DNA of 64,000 nt from Selaginella moellendorffii (lineage: Eukaryota > Plantae > Lycopodiophyta), in the NCBI RefSeq assembly GCF_000143415.4, contig NW_003314262.1, positions 3,420,405-3,484,404 of the forward strand. The letters are read 5' to 3'. Shown in pieces: positions 62,272 to 64,000 of this stretch; the stretch's first letter is position 1; each line of letters starts with the position of its first letter. The translations under genes were made by a program, and so were the position numbers. The notes under the pieces are model-generated. The model was not told the origin of the DNA, searched no databases, and was given only the letters and a program-made list of their open reading frames with translations.

Positions 62272-64000
62272 CTAGTGGCGACTTTTCCAACTGGTCCGGG
62301 CTCTTACAATCTCGGATCCACCCGTCTGCATCCGGAGGAGATGAATAAAGTCAAGCTGGGAAGGTGGCGCGGCTGCCGCTGCTGCTGCTGCCGCTGCTGC
62401 TCCATTGATTGCCAGATGCCCCCCCCGCTCCGGATGCGTCAGAGACTCCACCATATCGGATTTGCTGCACTCGCGCCGGTACTCGAGCGTGATCCCAACC
62501 AGGTGGTGGCTCTCGAGAATGTTCTGGGGAAGACTCTGCGCGTCCCATGGAAAAAGAAAGGAGTAAAGAAAAGAGCGAGCGAAGACGAAGACGAAGAGAT
62601 CAATTAAGCAAAACGAGCAAGGCCAGGAAGACCAACGGAGAGATCACGCAAAAGAAGCAAGCCGGAAAAAGATGCCAAGGAAGGAGAGCAAGAGAAAGAA
62701 GCAAGCCGGAAAATGAAACCAACGAAAAACGAACTTTGAAGAGATGAGAAGAAAGAGCGAACAACGAAGAGATCTAGCAAAGATCAAACATAGAAAAGAG
62801 AGCACGAGAACAAAGAGATCAGGCAAAAGACGCAACAAACAACCGAAGAAAAACTCGGCAGGCCAAGAGTAAAACGAAGAGATCACAAGGGAGAAAAGAC
62901 CGACCTCCATCATCCAGGTGAGATACTTGACGTTGTTTACGTGCTGGTTCATGTCCAGGTCGCTGTGCCGTGGCTGCGACAAGAGAAGAAACTCTTTCAA
63001 TCTGCGCTAGCTTTGCAAGATCAAGACGCTTTTACCGTGAGGTTGGAGCGGATGTAGCGCGTGTTGCTGTTGTCCAGCTTCTCAATCTTGGAGCACGACT
63101 CCTCGGGAATGAAGGCCGTTCTGGAGAGGAACCACGGCGAGATCTCGGCCCGGACCAAGTCCGGCATCTTGGATAGCCGTCTCGTGTCCTTGTGCATCAT
63201 CACCCAAGTGCTGCAAAACAGAAGCGAAACAGAAGCTTGAGAGACAAGTCCAACACTCCTTGGACACAACACAGCATCCAGGACAAAGAAAACACGTAAA
63301 GAACAGGGTGGTAGAGGGCGGAGAGAACAAACCTGGTGGCTCTTGCGAGAATGGAGCCCGTCTTGTAGTCGCGAACCAGCCAGTCCCGCCGCATGCCATT
63401 CTTCCCCGAGGCTCCCACCCAAGTATCAATCTCGAGAGCGTTTCCCCTGTAACGACGAAGATGGAAGATCTCCGCGAGTAAGAACACGAAGAAGAAGAAG
63501 AAGAAGAAATGGCGATGGTGGAGGAAATGAAACGTACCAGGCTGGATACCGCTCGACTTGCACTTGCATGCGCGTCACGACCCAGATGAGATTATTTCTT
63601 ATCATCTCATGCGTTGTGCCAAACCCGTTCCCGGCCAGCCCAGAGATGAGAACGTGATTCAGAGCTGTCTCCTGCAACAAAACGCCAAAGGTAACCACAA
63701 AAGCCTCCGAAGAACACGAGAAAGAAAGGAAAAGAAAAGAAGAAAAACAAACAAACAAGACATGCGATCGCGCTTCGCCGATCGATCGATATCTTTCGGA
63801 CCAACCAATCGATCGCTCGGGCAAAAGAGAGCGAGACAATGTCGAGAGTTTTTTTTTCTAGTACCTGGAAGAGATTGAGAAAGGTGTCGAGTGTGGCCGT
63901 CTTGTCCGGGCCGACCTCGTAGGAGCGCACCACGAACGTTTGCCGGTACACCACTCTCTCCACCAATCGCCCCTGCTTGAGCGTGTCCACGCCGCCGCCG
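62272..64000 (-). CDS. FATB: Acyl-ACP thioesterase, FatB type (5' end outside the window)
   Basis: YRQTFVVRSYEVGPDKTAT, QETALNHV, GKNGMRRDW, DLDMNQHVNNVKY, LEYRREC. Confidence 0.93.

Overview
Compact eukaryotic land-plant nuclear DNA, most likely the lycophyte Selaginella (inference from 46-80 nt introns, many PLS-type PPR genes, an O-methyltransferase resembling Selaginella COMT and a cyanovirin-like gene). Gene-dense left part (0.5-25 kb): PP1 inhibitor-3, NDUFAF3/Mth938, F-box/Sel1-like/MYND gene, PPRs, alpha/beta hydrolase, BPM, BTB and PP2 pseudogenes, COMT-like. Middle (25-39.5 kb): nested LTR retroelements, where a recent non-coding element sits inside a solo LTR of its own family, which sits inside an older decayed element. 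A rearranged accessory region (39.5-58 kb) holds PPRs, pseudogenes, a small family of secreted Cys-rich peptides with a 355-bp-arm palindrome, an F-box gene, a cyanovirin-like peptide and a MITE. Housekeeping genes close the window: CCCH protein, RPL14, FatB thioesterase. Main leads: (1) 13 P1BS (GNATATNC) boxes in tight clusters on both sides of the MYND F-box gene, plus a candidate peptide uORF; (2) a palindrome apparently grown from a short ancestral hairpin in the Cys-rich peptide promoter; (3) the ABRE-bearing non-autonomous LTR element. All calls come from reading the sequence by eye; no searches were run and pseudogene boundaries are approximate.
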